A stretch of 64,000 nt of DNA, from the NCBI GenBank assembly GCA_963701485.1, contig CAVPAA010000007.1:6894-70893 (forward strand). Direction: 5' to 3'. Numbering within the stretch: position 1 is the stretch's first letter; every line of letters begins with the position of its first letter. The notes under the pieces were generated by a model. That model saw nothing but the letters and a program-made list of their open reading frames with translations. It was not told the origin of the DNA and ran no database searches. The position numbers were made by a program, and so were the translations under genes. The stretch is from an uncultured Actinomycetota bacterium (GTDB lineage Bacteria > Actinomycetota > Actinomycetes > Propionibacteriales > Nocardioidaceae). Below, in pieces: positions 19,434 to 28,718 of the stretch.

Positions 19434-20995
19434 CAGGCGGGGGTGCGTCGTGACGGTGCGGTCTCGTCCTGGGCGACCATGATCGCCTCGATCTCGCTCA
19501 CCAGGTGCGCGCCGAGGCGCGGCCACGTCGGGTCGTAGCCGTAGACCTCGCCGAGGCCCACCGCGGACCGCGTGCCGTCGAGGAGGTCGATGTCGCGGGG
19601 AGCGATCAGGCCGGGGTGGACGACACCGATCGCCTCGGAGACCTTGAGCAGGTCGCGTCGCAGGGAGCGGACGTAGTTGGCCGCCCGGACGCTCTTGAGG
19701 CCCACGTCGAGGCCGCGCGTGTAGCGCGGGTTCTGCGTCGCGATGCCGACCGGGCAGTGGTCGGTGTGGCACTTCTGGGCCTGGATGCAACCGATCGACA
19801 TCATCGCCTCCCGGCCGACGTTGACCATGTCGGCACCGAGCGCGAAGGCGACGACGGCGTTCTCCGGGACGCCGAGCTTGCCCGCCCCGATGAACACGAC
19901 GTCGTCGCTGAGGCCGGCGGTCGCGAACCGGCGCCACACCTCGCTGAAGCCGATGCGGAACGGGTAGGCGACGGAGTCCGCGAAGATCATCGGCGCCGCA
20001 CCCGTTCCGCCCTCGCCCCCGTCGATGTTGATGAAGTCGACGCCGCGCGTCCCGGACCCCATCTCCTCGACGAGCTCGTCCCACATCGTGAGGTTGCCGA
20101 CCGCCGACTTGATCCCGACCGGCAGGCCGGTCGCCTGGGCCACGGACTCGACGAAGTCGAGCATGGAGTCGATGTCGTGGAAGACGGTGTGACGGCTCGG
20201 TGACGCGCAGTCCTTGCCCTGCTCGATGCCGCGGATCTCGGCGATCTCCCGGCTCACCTTGTCGCCGGGGAGCATGCCGCCGAGCCCGGGCTTGGCGCCC
20301 TGGCTGAGCTTGACCTCGATCGCGCGCACCGGTGCCGACTGCACCACGTCGACCAGCCGTGCCATGTCGAAGCGGCCGTGCTCGTCGCGGCAGCCGAAGT
20401 AGGAGGTGCCGATCTGGAAGACGACGTCGCCGCCGTTGCGGTGGTGGGGCGACAGGGCGCCCTCGCCGGTGTTCTGGTAGCAGCCGGCCATGGCCGCGCC
20501 CTTGTTGAGCGCCTCGATGGCCTTGCCCGACAGCGAGCCGAAGCTCATGCCGGAGATGTTGACCACCGAGGCGGGACGGAAGGCGTGCGTACGACCGCGC
20601 GCGGCGCCCATCACCTTCGCGGCGGGCAGCACGATCTCCTCCTGCGCGTGCGGCGTCGTGGCCGCGCCCGGCCCGGTGAAGGTGCGGTGCTTGATGATCG
20701 GGTAGCCCGTGAGCCCCTCGACGTCGTTGTCGGTCCCGAAGCCGAAGTAGTTGTTCTCCAGCTTGGAGCTGGCGTAGACCCACCGGCGCTGGTCACGGCT
20801 GAACGGGCGCTCCTCGTCGTTGCTGGTGACGATGTACTGCCGCAGCTCGGGCCCGAACCTCTCCAGGAAGAAGCGGGCGTGCCCGATCACCGGGAAGTTG
20901 CGGACGATCGCGTGCTTCGTCTGGACCAGGTCGTGCACGGTCGTCGCGGCCGCCGCCGCTGCCGTGCCGCCGAGGATGGCGTACCTCCACTTCAT
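19433..20995 (-). CDS. FMN-binding glutamate synthase family protein (GltB domain-2-like)
   Basis: 520 aa, N-terminal anchor, ...NISGMSFGSLS...LSQGAKPGLGGMLPG...INIDGGEGGTGAAP...GKLG... Typical of stand-alone GltS FMN-domain proteins. Confidence 0.85.
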   Translation of the reverse strand: MKWRYAILGGTAAAAAATTVHDLVQTKHAIVRNFPVIGHARFFLERFGPELRQYIVTSNDEERPFSRDQRRWVYASSKLENNYFGFGTDNDVEGLTGYPIIKHRTFTGPGAATTPHAQEEIVLPAAKVMGAARGRTHAFRPASVVNISGMSFGSLSGKAIEALNKGAAMAGCYQNTGEGALSPHHRNGGDVVFQIGTSYFGCRDEHGRFDMARLVDVVQSAPVRAIEVKLSQGAKPGLGGMLPGDKVSREIAEIRGIEQGKDCASPSRHTVFHDIDSMLDFVESVAQATGLPVGIKSAVGNLTMWDELVEEMGSGTRGVDFINIDGGEGGTGAAPMIFADSVAYPFRIGFSEVWRRFATAGLSDDVVFIGAGKLGVPENAVVAFALGADMVNVGREAMMSIGCIQAQKCHTDHCPVGIATQNPRYTRGLDVGLKSVRAANYVRSLRRDLLKVSEAIGVVHPGLIAPRDIDLLDGTRSAVGLGEVYGYDPTWPRLGAHLVSEIEAIMVAQDETAPSRRTPA

Positions 20996-21053
20996 GACCC
21001 GTTCCTAGCCCTCCCACGACGCGTTGTCGAGGACCGACCGTCCCGATGGGGGG

Positions 21054-21768
21054 TCAGGCGAGCTCGCCGCGCGCGATGCTCACCCCTGAGTGGGCGGGGT
21101 CGCCGTCGTCGGGCTCGACCGAGATGTCGACGATGCGGTAGCCCTCGTCGACGAGGTGCATGGGGACGGCGAACTCCCCCTCGTCGCCCGAGGCGAGCAG
21201 GCCGATGGAGATCATCCGCTTGCCGTCGACGTTGATCAGCCACACCTCGTGCACGCCGGGCTCGTCGCCGAGCTCGCTCGCGCTGACCCGGATGGTGAAG
21301 GTGTCGTCGGTCTCCACGGCGCTCGCCTCGCCGCGAGTCGGCGTCGCTGTCGAGGGCGGTGAGGGGGGTCGCGGCGACCACGGTCCCGGTGTCCACCGGA
21401 GGGTCGACCGCCTCGGGGGTCTGCTCCGTCCCGGTGCCGATGCGCCCGAGGCCGACTCCGGCGAGGAGGGCGAGCGCGGCGGCCACCCCGGCCAGCCACA
21501 GGGGTACGGGGCGGCGGGGAGCCGGCTCGGCGCCGACGGGCAGCGACACCGGCGGGGCCTCCGACCGGACCTGCGCCAGCACCCGTGAGCGGAGCCCTGC
21601 GGGGGGCGGGACCAGGGCGTCGGCGCCGGCACGACGGCGTACGCCGGTGAACGCGGCGACCAGCCCTGCACACTCGGGGCAGGTCTCGACGTGCTCACGC
21701 ACGTCGGCCGGACCGTCCGTGGGGTCGAGGGCGAGCCCGGCGAGCTGCTCGGGATCAGCGTGACTCAT
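21054..21768 (-). pseudogene. anti-sigma factor (RskA-like: zinc-binding N-domain, TM, extracytoplasmic RskA domain), frame-disrupted
   Basis: The N-part (from 21768) has HVETCPECAGLVAAF and TM PLWLAGVAAALALLAGVGL up to ...LTALDSDAD. The C-domain ...GEASAVETDDTFTIRVSASELGDEPGVHEVWLINVDGKRMISIGLL... is in ORF 21054..21698. The shift is near 21340. Confidence 0.7.
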
Positions 21769-22396
21769 GGCGCACCCCCTCGAGCTGCTGGTGGAGCTTC
21801 ATCAGGCCACGGCGGACGTGGCTCTTCACGGTGCCGAGGGGCAGGCCGACCTTCTCGGCGATCTCGGCGTGGCTGTGACCCTCCCAGAAGGCGAGGAACA
21901 TGATGGTGCGGCGGGGATCGGGCAGGTCCTCGACGGCCTGTCTGACCACCAGTCGTTCGGCGACGTCCTCGTCAGCGGATTGGAGGGCGTCGTCGTGGGG
22001 CACCGGCAGCGACACCACGGCCGCGATCCTGTTGGCCTCGCGGGCCCGTGCCGCTCGTACGTCGGCCACCTTGTGGCGGGCGATCCCCACCAGCCAGGCC
22101 GGCAGTGCGGCGGGGCTCGGGGTCAGCGTGTGCCGGCTGCGCCACGCAGCGACGAACACCTGCTGGGTGACGTCCTCGGCGTCATGAGGATCGCGCAGGG
22201 CACGCAGCGCGTAGGTGTGCACGAGGGCCGACCACCGGTCGTAGACCTCCTCGAGCGCGATCTCGTCACCCGCGACGAGCCGAGCGGCGAGCGCCTGGAC
22301 GCCGGCGTCCTGCTCGTCCTCGAACGCCATCGCCTCGGTGACCACCGGGCCACCGTACCGGCGTGCCGCGCGGGCGGAGAACGGGATGATGGTCAT
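21755..22396 (-). CDS. ECF-type RNA polymerase sigma-70 family factor (SigK-like context)
   Basis: Region 2 DAEDVTQQVFVAAW, region 4 FLAFWEGHSHAEIAEKVGLPLGTVKSHVRRGL. Overlaps the anti-sigma gene start by 14 nt. Confidence 0.85.
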   Translation of the reverse strand: MTIIPFSARAARRYGGPVVTEAMAFEDEQDAGVQALAARLVAGDEIALEEVYDRWSALVHTYALRALRDPHDAEDVTQQVFVAAWRSRHTLTPSPAALPAWLVGIARHKVADVRAARAREANRIAAVVSLPVPHDDALQSADEDVAERLVVRQAVEDLPDPRRTIMFLAFWEGHSHAEIAEKVGLPLGTVKSHVRRGLMKLHQQLEGVRHESR

Positions 22397-22435
22397 CGTC
22401 GTCCTCCGCCCGTCAGGCGTCCGTGCTGCCGCGCC

Positions 22436-23074
22436 TCAGAGGTCGATCGGGCGGAGCACCCGGTCGATGCCGTGGGCGACCTGCTTGTTGCCCTTGTTGA
22501 GGTCGAGGGCCTTGAGCACGGCCTTCGGGTCCTGGGCGTTCTTGTCGCGGTCCTTGAGCGTGACGCTCACGCTCGGCTTGGTCTTGACCTTGACGGTGAT
22601 CTTGCCGCCCTGGGCGGTGGTGAGCTTGGCGCCGTTGGCCTTGAGCACCTTGTTGCTGGTGAGCGTCTTGCCCGGGACGACGTGGTAGAGCAGGACGGTC
22701 TCGATCGTGTCGACACCGGCGAGGTCCACGAGCGCGTCGAAGATCTTCTTCTCGCTCTTGATCGTCTTGCCGGTCAGGTCCTTGGCCAGCAGGCGGAACG
22801 CCTCGTCGGTGGGCGCGAACACCGTGAGGCGCTGGCTGCCGTCGGCGAGCAGCGCGACCGGGGAGTCGGGCTTGGCGGCGACGATGGCCAGGGCGGCCTC
22901 GGTGACGATGTCGAAGTCGTTCTTGTTCTTGTCGAAGGTGTTGCCGTCCGAGGTGAGGAGGGCGGCGAGGCTGTCCTCACCGGCGGCCTTGGCGCTCGCG
23001 GCGGGGGCCGTGGCCTGCACCGCACCCAGGGCGAGGGCCGAGGCGGCGAGGATGGCGGGAACGCGTCGCTTCAT
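22436..23074 (-). CDS. secreted fasciclin (FAS1) domain protein (MPT70/MPT83-like)
   Basis: Signal MKRRVPAILAASALALGAVQATAPAASA. FAS1 motifs LTVFAPTDEAF and VLLYHVVPGK...VAHGIDRVL. ATG 23074 behind RBS GGAAGGA. Confidence 0.85.
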   Translation of the reverse strand: MKRRVPAILAASALALGAVQATAPAASAKAAGEDSLAALLTSDGNTFDKNKNDFDIVTEAALAIVAAKPDSPVALLADGSQRLTVFAPTDEAFRLLAKDLTGKTIKSEKKIFDALVDLAGVDTIETVLLYHVVPGKTLTSNKVLKANGAKLTTAQGGKITVKVKTKPSVSVTLKDRDKNAQDPKAVLKALDLNKGNKQVAHGIDRVLRPIDL

Positions 23075-23174
23075 GAGGGAGGTCCTTCCGTCGGGGGCGC
23101 CGGTCGGCGCCCGTCCCCCTTTCTCTGGGGGAACCCCACCGCTGGATGCACCGACCCCGAAACTTTTCTGCACG

Positions 23175-23180
23175 TAGATT
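23175..23180 (+). promoter_or_regulatory. candidate -10 box (TAGATT) for a leaderless transcript
   Basis: TAGATT (TAnnnT) sits 6 nt before the A of ATG 23187, and there is no SD. This fits actinobacterial leaderless mRNAs. Confidence 0.35.
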
Positions 23181-23186
23181 TCCCCC

Positions 23187-24350
23187 ATGGACCTCATCCC
23201 CAAGCCCGACCAGGTGGTCGCCGCGGCCGGCAACGTCGCGCACACGCTGCTGTACGGCGGGCTGGCCGACCTGCGGCCGATGCCCCGGACGCTGATCGAC
23301 GACGGTGAGCTGCGCGAGGTCTACCACTACCGGCCGGTCGCGGGCGTCCCGCAGACCGGCGACCCGGTCCTGCTGGTGACGCCGCTGGCTGCGCCGTCGC
23401 TGTGCTTCGACCTGCGCCGCGACTGCTCCCTGGTCGAGCACCTCGTCACGCAGGGGCGCCCGACCTACCTGCTGGAGTACGGGCAGGTCTCGTTCAAGAA
23501 CAGGTCGCTGGGCATGGAGCACTGGGTCGACGAGGTGCTGCCCGAGGCGGTCCGGGTCGTCAGCGAGCACGCCGGCGGTCGCGGGGTGCACCTCGTCGGC
23601 TGGAGCCTCGGCGGGATCTTCACCCTCCTGGTCGCCGCCGACCGCCAGGACCTGCCGATCGCCTCGATCACCGTCGTCGGGTCCCCGGTCGACGTGACCA
23701 AGGTGCCGCTCGTCGCGCCGGTGCGGCCGCTGCTCAACCTGACCCAGGGCCGGGGCGTCATCACGCGGGCCTACCGGGTCCTGGGCGGCGTACCGACCCC
23801 CCTCGTCAACTGGGCCTTCACCGCCGCCTCCGCGCAGAAGGTGCTCACCAAGCCGCTCGCGGTGCTGACCCACCTCGACGACACCGACTACCTCGCCCAG
23901 ATGGAGGCGGTCACCCGCTTCATGTCCAACATGACGGCCTACCCGGGCCGCACCTTCGGGCAGCTCTACCACCGCTTCGTCAAGGGAAACGCCCTCGCGA
24001 CCGGCCGCATGGAGATCGGCGACCGGACCGTCGACCTCGCCGCGATCTCGGTGCCGACGCTGGTGTTCGCGGGCAACACCGACGGCATCGCCCCGCTCCC
24101 GGCCGTACGCGCCGTGGTGCCGCTGCTGACCGGGTCGCCGCAGGTGCGCTTCGAGGTCGTGCCCGGCGGCCACCTCGGCATGCTCACCGGCCGGGCCGCC
24201 CGGTCGACGACGTGGACCGCGATCGACGAGTGGGTGGACGAGTGGTCGCGCGGCCCGCTGCCGGCGAGGAAGGGCTCCCGCGGCTCGATCGGCTCCAACC
24301 CGGCGCGCCGCTACGGCTCGGCGAGCTCGCGCGCGCTGGGCGGACGATGA
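23187..24350 (+). CDS. alpha/beta-fold hydrolase (PhaC-like N-terminal architecture)
   Basis: 387 aa. Nucleophile elbow GWSLGG, ...VPTLVFAGNTDGIAP...GGHLGM. The stop overlaps the next start (ATGA). Confidence 0.75.
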   Translation: MDLIPKPDQVVAAAGNVAHTLLYGGLADLRPMPRTLIDDGELREVYHYRPVAGVPQTGDPVLLVTPLAAPSLCFDLRRDCSLVEHLVTQGRPTYLLEYGQVSFKNRSLGMEHWVDEVLPEAVRVVSEHAGGRGVHLVGWSLGGIFTLLVAADRQDLPIASITVVGSPVDVTKVPLVAPVRPLLNLTQGRGVITRAYRVLGGVPTPLVNWAFTAASAQKVLTKPLAVLTHLDDTDYLAQMEAVTRFMSNMTAYPGRTFGQLYHRFVKGNALATGRMEIGDRTVDLAAISVPTLVFAGNTDGIAPLPAVRAVVPLLTGSPQVRFEVVPGGHLGMLTGRAARSTTWTAIDEWVDEWSRGPLPARKGSRGSIGSNPARRYGSASSRALGGR

Positions 24351-25699
24351 GCACGTCGGTCGAGGCCGGGCGGCTGCCGCTCGGCGTACGCATCGGCTAC
24401 GGCAGCGGCTCGGTCGCGACCGGGGCGTTCGGCACGGTGCCGGGCCTGATGCTGCTGCCCTACCTCACCGACGAGCTCGGCATCGCGGCGCTGTGGGCCG
24501 GCGCGATCGTCTTCCTGCCGAAGGCGTGGGACGTCGTCCTCAACCCGATCGCCGGGCGGGTCAGCGACCGCACGATCGACCCGGCCGGTCCGCGACGGCC
24601 CTGGCTGGTCCGCGCCGGGTTGATGCTGGCGGGGGCGTTCGCGCTGATCTTCGCCGCACCCGACCTCGACAGCCGGTGGCTCGAGGCCGGGTGGGTGCTC
24701 CTCTTCTTCGTGCTCGCCGCGTCGGCGTACGCGTTCTTCCAGGTGCCCTACGTCGCCATGCCGGCCGAGATCACCTCGTCCTACGACGAACGCACGCGGC
24801 TGATGACGTGGCGGGTCGCGATCCTGGCCTTCACGATCATGCTGGCCGGCGCGACGGCGCCGGTGATCCGGGACGCGGTCGGCGGGCGCGACGGCTACCG
24901 GGTGATGGGCGTCGTGATGGCGACGGTGATCCTCATCGGTGTGCTCGCCGCCTGGTGGGGCACCCGGCACGCGCCGATCGGGGCAGTGGGCGCGGGCGCG
25001 GGCACGCTGCGCCAGCAGCTGCGGGTGGTCTCCCGGGCCCGCGACTTCCGGGTGCTGCTCACGACCTTCGTCCTGCAGGCGCTCGCGACCGGGTGCATGC
25101 TCGCCGGCGTCGCGTACGTCGCCGAGGACCTGCTGGGTCGCACGTCGGCCGCCACCGTCCTGTTCGTCTGCTTCGTCGGGCCGGCGCTGCTCCTGACGCC
25201 GCTGTGGGCCCGATGGGGTGAGCGCGTGGGCAAGAAGCAGGGTTACGTCGCCTCGTCGCTGCTCCTCGCCGCCGGCGCCGCCCTCGCCGTGCTGGCGAGG
25301 GGCGGCAACGACGTCTGGACGTTCGTCGCGACGGGCCTCGTCGGCGTCGGCTACGCCGGCTGCCAGGTCTTCCCGATGGCGATGCTGCCCGACGTCGCCG
25401 CGGTGGACGCCGCCCGGACCGGCGAGAACCGGGCCGGGGTCTACACCGGCGTCTGGACGGCCGGCGAGACGCTCGGCCTCGCCCTGGGCCCGGCGCTCTT
25501 CGCCCTGATGCTCGCCCTCGGCGGCTACCTCTCGAGCGAGGGCCGCGACATCACCCAACCCGACTCCGCGCTCACGACGATCGCGCTGGGCTTCTCGATC
25601 GTGCCCGCGATCCTGACGCTGGTCAGCCTCTGGTGGCTGCGCCAGTACACCCTTGGGGGCCCCGCCGAGGTGGCGGCGGCGGAAGGAGCAGTCCAGTGA
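24347..25699 (+). CDS. MFS transporter, glycoside-pentoside-hexuronide (GPH/MFSD2-like) family
   Basis: 450 aa, 12 predicted TM helices, N-terminal YGSGSVATG...LPKAWDVVLNPIAGRVSDRT (the GPH D-R motif region). Confidence 0.8.
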   Translation: MSTSVEAGRLPLGVRIGYGSGSVATGAFGTVPGLMLLPYLTDELGIAALWAGAIVFLPKAWDVVLNPIAGRVSDRTIDPAGPRRPWLVRAGLMLAGAFALIFAAPDLDSRWLEAGWVLLFFVLAASAYAFFQVPYVAMPAEITSSYDERTRLMTWRVAILAFTIMLAGATAPVIRDAVGGRDGYRVMGVVMATVILIGVLAAWWGTRHAPIGAVGAGAGTLRQQLRVVSRARDFRVLLTTFVLQALATGCMLAGVAYVAEDLLGRTSAATVLFVCFVGPALLLTPLWARWGERVGKKQGYVASSLLLAAGAALAVLARGGNDVWTFVATGLVGVGYAGCQVFPMAMLPDVAAVDAARTGENRAGVYTGVWTAGETLGLALGPALFALMLALGGYLSSEGRDITQPDSALTTIALGFSIVPAILTLVSLWWLRQYTLGGPAEVAAAEGAVQ

Positions 25700-27132
25700 C
25701 CGACGCGATCCAGAGGCTCACCGCCCTGCAGGGCAGGGACCTGCCGGTGCACGGAGGCCGCACGCTGGCCTACGTCTACGACTCCGGCGACCCCGAGGTC
25801 GACCGCGTCGCCCGGGAGGCGGTCGCGGCCTACGCCGCCTCCAACGCGCTCGACCCGACGGCGTTCCCGTCGCTGCTGCAGATGGAGAACGAGCTCGTCG
25901 GCTTCGCCTGCGGCCTGCTCGACGCCCCGGCCTCCGCGGTCGGGACCGTGACGTCGGGCGGCACGGAGTCGATCCTGCTGGCGGTCCAGGGCGCTCGCGA
26001 CAGCCGCCCGGACGTCGTACGCCCCCGGATGGTGCTGCCCGCCACCGCGCACGCCGCCTTCCACAAGGCCGCCCACTACTTCGGCGTCGAGGCCGTCCTC
26101 GTGCCGGTCGGACCGGACTTCCGGGCCGACGCCGCGGCGATGGCCGACGCCATCGACGACGACACGGTGCTGGTCGTGGCGAGCGCTCCGTCGTACGCGC
26201 ACGGGGTCGTCGACCCGGTGACCGAGATCGCGGCGGCTGCGGCGGCACGCGGGGTCCGCTGCCACGTGGACGCCTGCATCGGCGGGTGGGTGCTGCCCTA
26301 CGCCGCCCGGCTGGGACGGCAGGTCCCGCCGTGGACGTTCGCCGTCGAGGGCGTCACGTCGATCTCCGTCGACACCCACAAGTACGCCTACGCACCGAAG
26401 GGCACCTCGCTCCTGCTCCACCGCGACGCCGCGCTGCGCAAGCCGCAGTTCTTCGCCTCCGCGGCGTGGCCGGGCTACACGATGCTCAACGCCACGACGC
26501 AGTCGACCCGCTCGGGCGGCCCCGTCGCCGGCACGTGGGCGGTCGTCGAGCACATCGGCGACGACGGCTACCTCGCGCTCACGGAGCGCGCTCTCGCGGC
26601 CGTCGACGCCATCGTGGCGTGCATCGACGGCGAGCCGGCGCTCCGGCTGGTGGTGGCGCCCGACTCCACCCTCGTGACCCTCGCGACCGACGCGTCCTGC
26701 GACCCGTTCACCCTGACCGACGAGCTGGTGGCGCGTGGGTGGTACGTCCAGCCCCAGCTGTCCTTCGGGGACGACGGCCCGAGCATCCACCTGTCGGTCA
26801 GCGCCGGCACGCACCCCCACGTCGAGGAGTTCGCCGCGGCGCTCTCCGACTCCGTCGCGGCGGCGCAGGCGGCCGGCCCGGTGGCCGTCGACCCCGGCGT
26901 GGTCGGCTTCATCGAGGCGCTCGACCCGACCGCGCTCGGCGACGACGACTTCGACGGCCTGCTCGCCGCATCGGGCCTGGTCGGCGAGTCCGCCGACGGT
27001 GAGCTCGAGCTGCCGAGCCGGATGGCGGAGGTCAACGCGATGCTCGACGTCGCGTCGCCCGCGATGCGGGAGGCGCTGCTGGTGGCGTTCCTCGACCGGC
27101 TCCAGCGACCCGCGCACCGGGTCGATCGATGA
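25696..27132 (+). CDS. PLP-dependent group II decarboxylase-fold enzyme, sphingosine-1-phosphate lyase-like
   Basis: GTG 25696 (GTGA overlap, RBS GGAAGGAG). [18 protein letters not shown], and PLP-lysine block [20 protein letters not shown], which resembles the S1P-lyase block ADTHKYGFAPKG. Confidence 0.8.
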   Translation: MTDAIQRLTALQGRDLPVHGGRTLAYVYDSGDPEVDRVAREAVAAYAASNALDPTAFPSLLQMENELVGFACGLLDAPASAVGTVTSGGTESILLAVQGARDSRPDVVRPRMVLPATAHAAFHKAAHYFGVEAVLVPVGPDFRADAAAMADAIDDDTVLVVASAPSYAHGVVDPVTEIAAAAAARGVRCHVDACIGGWVLPYAARLGRQVPPWTFAVEGVTSISVDTHKYAYAPKGTSLLLHRDAALRKPQFFASAAWPGYTMLNATTQSTRSGGPVAGTWAVVEHIGDDGYLALTERALAAVDAIVACIDGEPALRLVVAPDSTLVTLATDASCDPFTLTDELVARGWYVQPQLSFGDDGPSIHLSVSAGTHPHVEEFAAALSDSVAAAQAAGPVAVDPGVVGFIEALDPTALGDDDFDGLLAASGLVGESADGELELPSRMAEVNAMLDVASPAMREALLVAFLDRLQRPAHRVDR

Positions 27133-27839
27133 GCGCGCTCGCCGGGCTGGTCGAGAAGGGGCTGGTGGCCCCCGACTGGGCGGAGGCGCTGGCGCCGGTC
27201 GACGAGCAGATCGCGGCGATGGGTCGGTTCCTGCGCGACGAGGACGTCGCCGGCCGGGGCTACCAACCCGCCGCCGACCGGGTCTTCCGGGCGTTCCAGC
27301 GCCCGCTCGCCGACGTACGCGTCCTGGTCGTGGGGCAGGACCCCTACCCCAACCCCGCCCACCCGATCGGCCTGAGCTTCGCCGTCGAGCGGCACGTCTG
27401 GCCGCTGCCGCCGAGCCTGCTCAACATCTACGTCGAGCTGCGCGACGACCTCGGCATCGTGCCGCCGCGCCACGGCGACCTGTCGGCGTGGGCCGACCAG
27501 GGCGTGATGCTGCTCAACCGCACCCTGACGGTGCGTCCGGGCGACTCCAACAGCCACCAGGGCAAGGGCTGGGAGCCGATCACCGAGCGGGCCATCGCCG
27601 CGCTCGCCGAGCGCGGCGGCCCGTGCGCCGCCGTCCTGTGGGGACGGCACGCGCAGAAGCTCAAGCCGCTGCTCGGCGAGGTGCCGTGCGTGGAGTCGGT
27701 CCACCCCTCACCGCTCAGCGCCCGGCGGGGGTTCTTCGGGTCGAAGCCCTTCAGCACGGTCAACCGGCTGCTGGAGGAGCAGGGCGCCGAGCCGGTCGAC
27801 TGGACCCTGCCGGCGTACGACACTGGCCGGGACGGGTAG
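27129..27839 (+). CDS. ung: uracil-DNA glycosylase, family 1
   Basis: [26 protein letters not shown] motifs. The ATG overlaps the upstream stop (ATGA). Confidence 0.9.
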   Translation: MSALAGLVEKGLVAPDWAEALAPVDEQIAAMGRFLRDEDVAGRGYQPAADRVFRAFQRPLADVRVLVVGQDPYPNPAHPIGLSFAVERHVWPLPPSLLNIYVELRDDLGIVPPRHGDLSAWADQGVMLLNRTLTVRPGDSNSHQGKGWEPITERAIAALAERGGPCAAVLWGRHAQKLKPLLGEVPCVESVHPSPLSARRGFFGSKPFSTVNRLLEEQGAEPVDWTLPAYDTGRDG

Positions 27840-27881
27840 TCCACCGGGAGACGGTCCTCCGAGCCGGTCCTCGGCGACCAC

Positions 27882-27910
27882 TTGCCGGTGAACTACCCAG
27901 GGAATATAGT
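27882..27910 (+). promoter_or_regulatory. candidate sigma-70-type promoter
   Basis: TTGCCG, 17-nt spacer, TATAGT, in a locally AT-rich patch about 26 nt upstream of ATG 27936 (RBS GAGGA). Confidence 0.45.
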
Positions 27911-27935
27911 TGAACCAACAACTATTGAGGACGTC

Positions 27936-28709
27936 ATGACCACTCCCATGCCTGCCCTGTACATCGGCCACGGTGCGCCGCCGCTGCTCGACGACCCGAT
28001 CTGGTCCGGCCAGCTCGCGGCGTGGGCGAAGGACCTGCCGCGACCGAAGGCGATCCTCATCGTCTCGGCGCACTGGGAGTCGGCGCCGGTGAGCCTGACG
28101 GCGAGCGGCGCTCCCCTGGTCTACGACTTCGGCGGGTTCGCGCCGAGGTACTACCAGATGACCTACGAGACCCCGGACGCCACGGCGCTGGCCCAGCGCG
28201 TCGCGGCGATGATGCCGAGCGGCGAGCCCGTGCACCAGCACGTCTCGCGCGGGCTCGACCACGGCGCGTGGGTCCCGCTGAAGATCATGTACCCCGAGGC
28301 CGACATCCCGGTGCTCCAGATGTCGCTCCCCACCGACGACCCGCACCGCCTGATGAAGCTCGGCGAGCGGCTGCGCCCGCTGCGCGAGGAGGGCGTGCTC
28401 ATCATCGGCTCGGGCTTCCTCACCCACGGCCTGCCGTTCCTCAAGGAGTTCCGGATCGAGGCCGCCGCTCCCGGCTGGTCGGTGGACTTCGACCTCTGGG
28501 CCGCCGACGCCCTCGCCCGCGGCGACGTCGACACGCTGTCGGCGTACAGGTCGAAGGCGCCCGGCATGCCGTACGCCCACCCGACCGTCGAGCACTACAC
28601 GCCGCTGTTCGTGACCCTCGGCGCGGCGACGACCGCCGACGAGCCGGGCACCCAGGTCATCGACGGCTACTGGATGGGTCTGTCGAAGCGGTCGCTCCAA
28701 GTGGCCTAA
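27936..28709 (+). CDS. class III extradiol dioxygenase (4,5-DOPA dioxygenase/YgiD-like, LigB family)
   Basis: ALYIGHGAPP...VSAHWE...DHGAWVPL...IGSGFLTHG. Start moved to ATG 27936; the track ORF starts at 27882. Confidence 0.8.
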   Translation: MTTPMPALYIGHGAPPLLDDPIWSGQLAAWAKDLPRPKAILIVSAHWESAPVSLTASGAPLVYDFGGFAPRYYQMTYETPDATALAQRVAAMMPSGEPVHQHVSRGLDHGAWVPLKIMYPEADIPVLQMSLPTDDPHRLMKLGERLRPLREEGVLIIGSGFLTHGLPFLKEFRIEAAAPGWSVDFDLWAADALARGDVDTLSAYRSKAPGMPYAHPTVEHYTPLFVTLGAATTADEPGTQVIDGYWMGLSKRSLQVA

Positions 28710-28718
28710 AGTCGATCC

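Noticed and set aside
23075-23186. SigK-type promoter upstream of the fasciclin gene
   Set aside because: Only a GCATCC hexamer loosely resembles the -35 element I recall for mycobacterial SigK. No convincing -10 partner lies at the right spacing. This is too weak to annotate.
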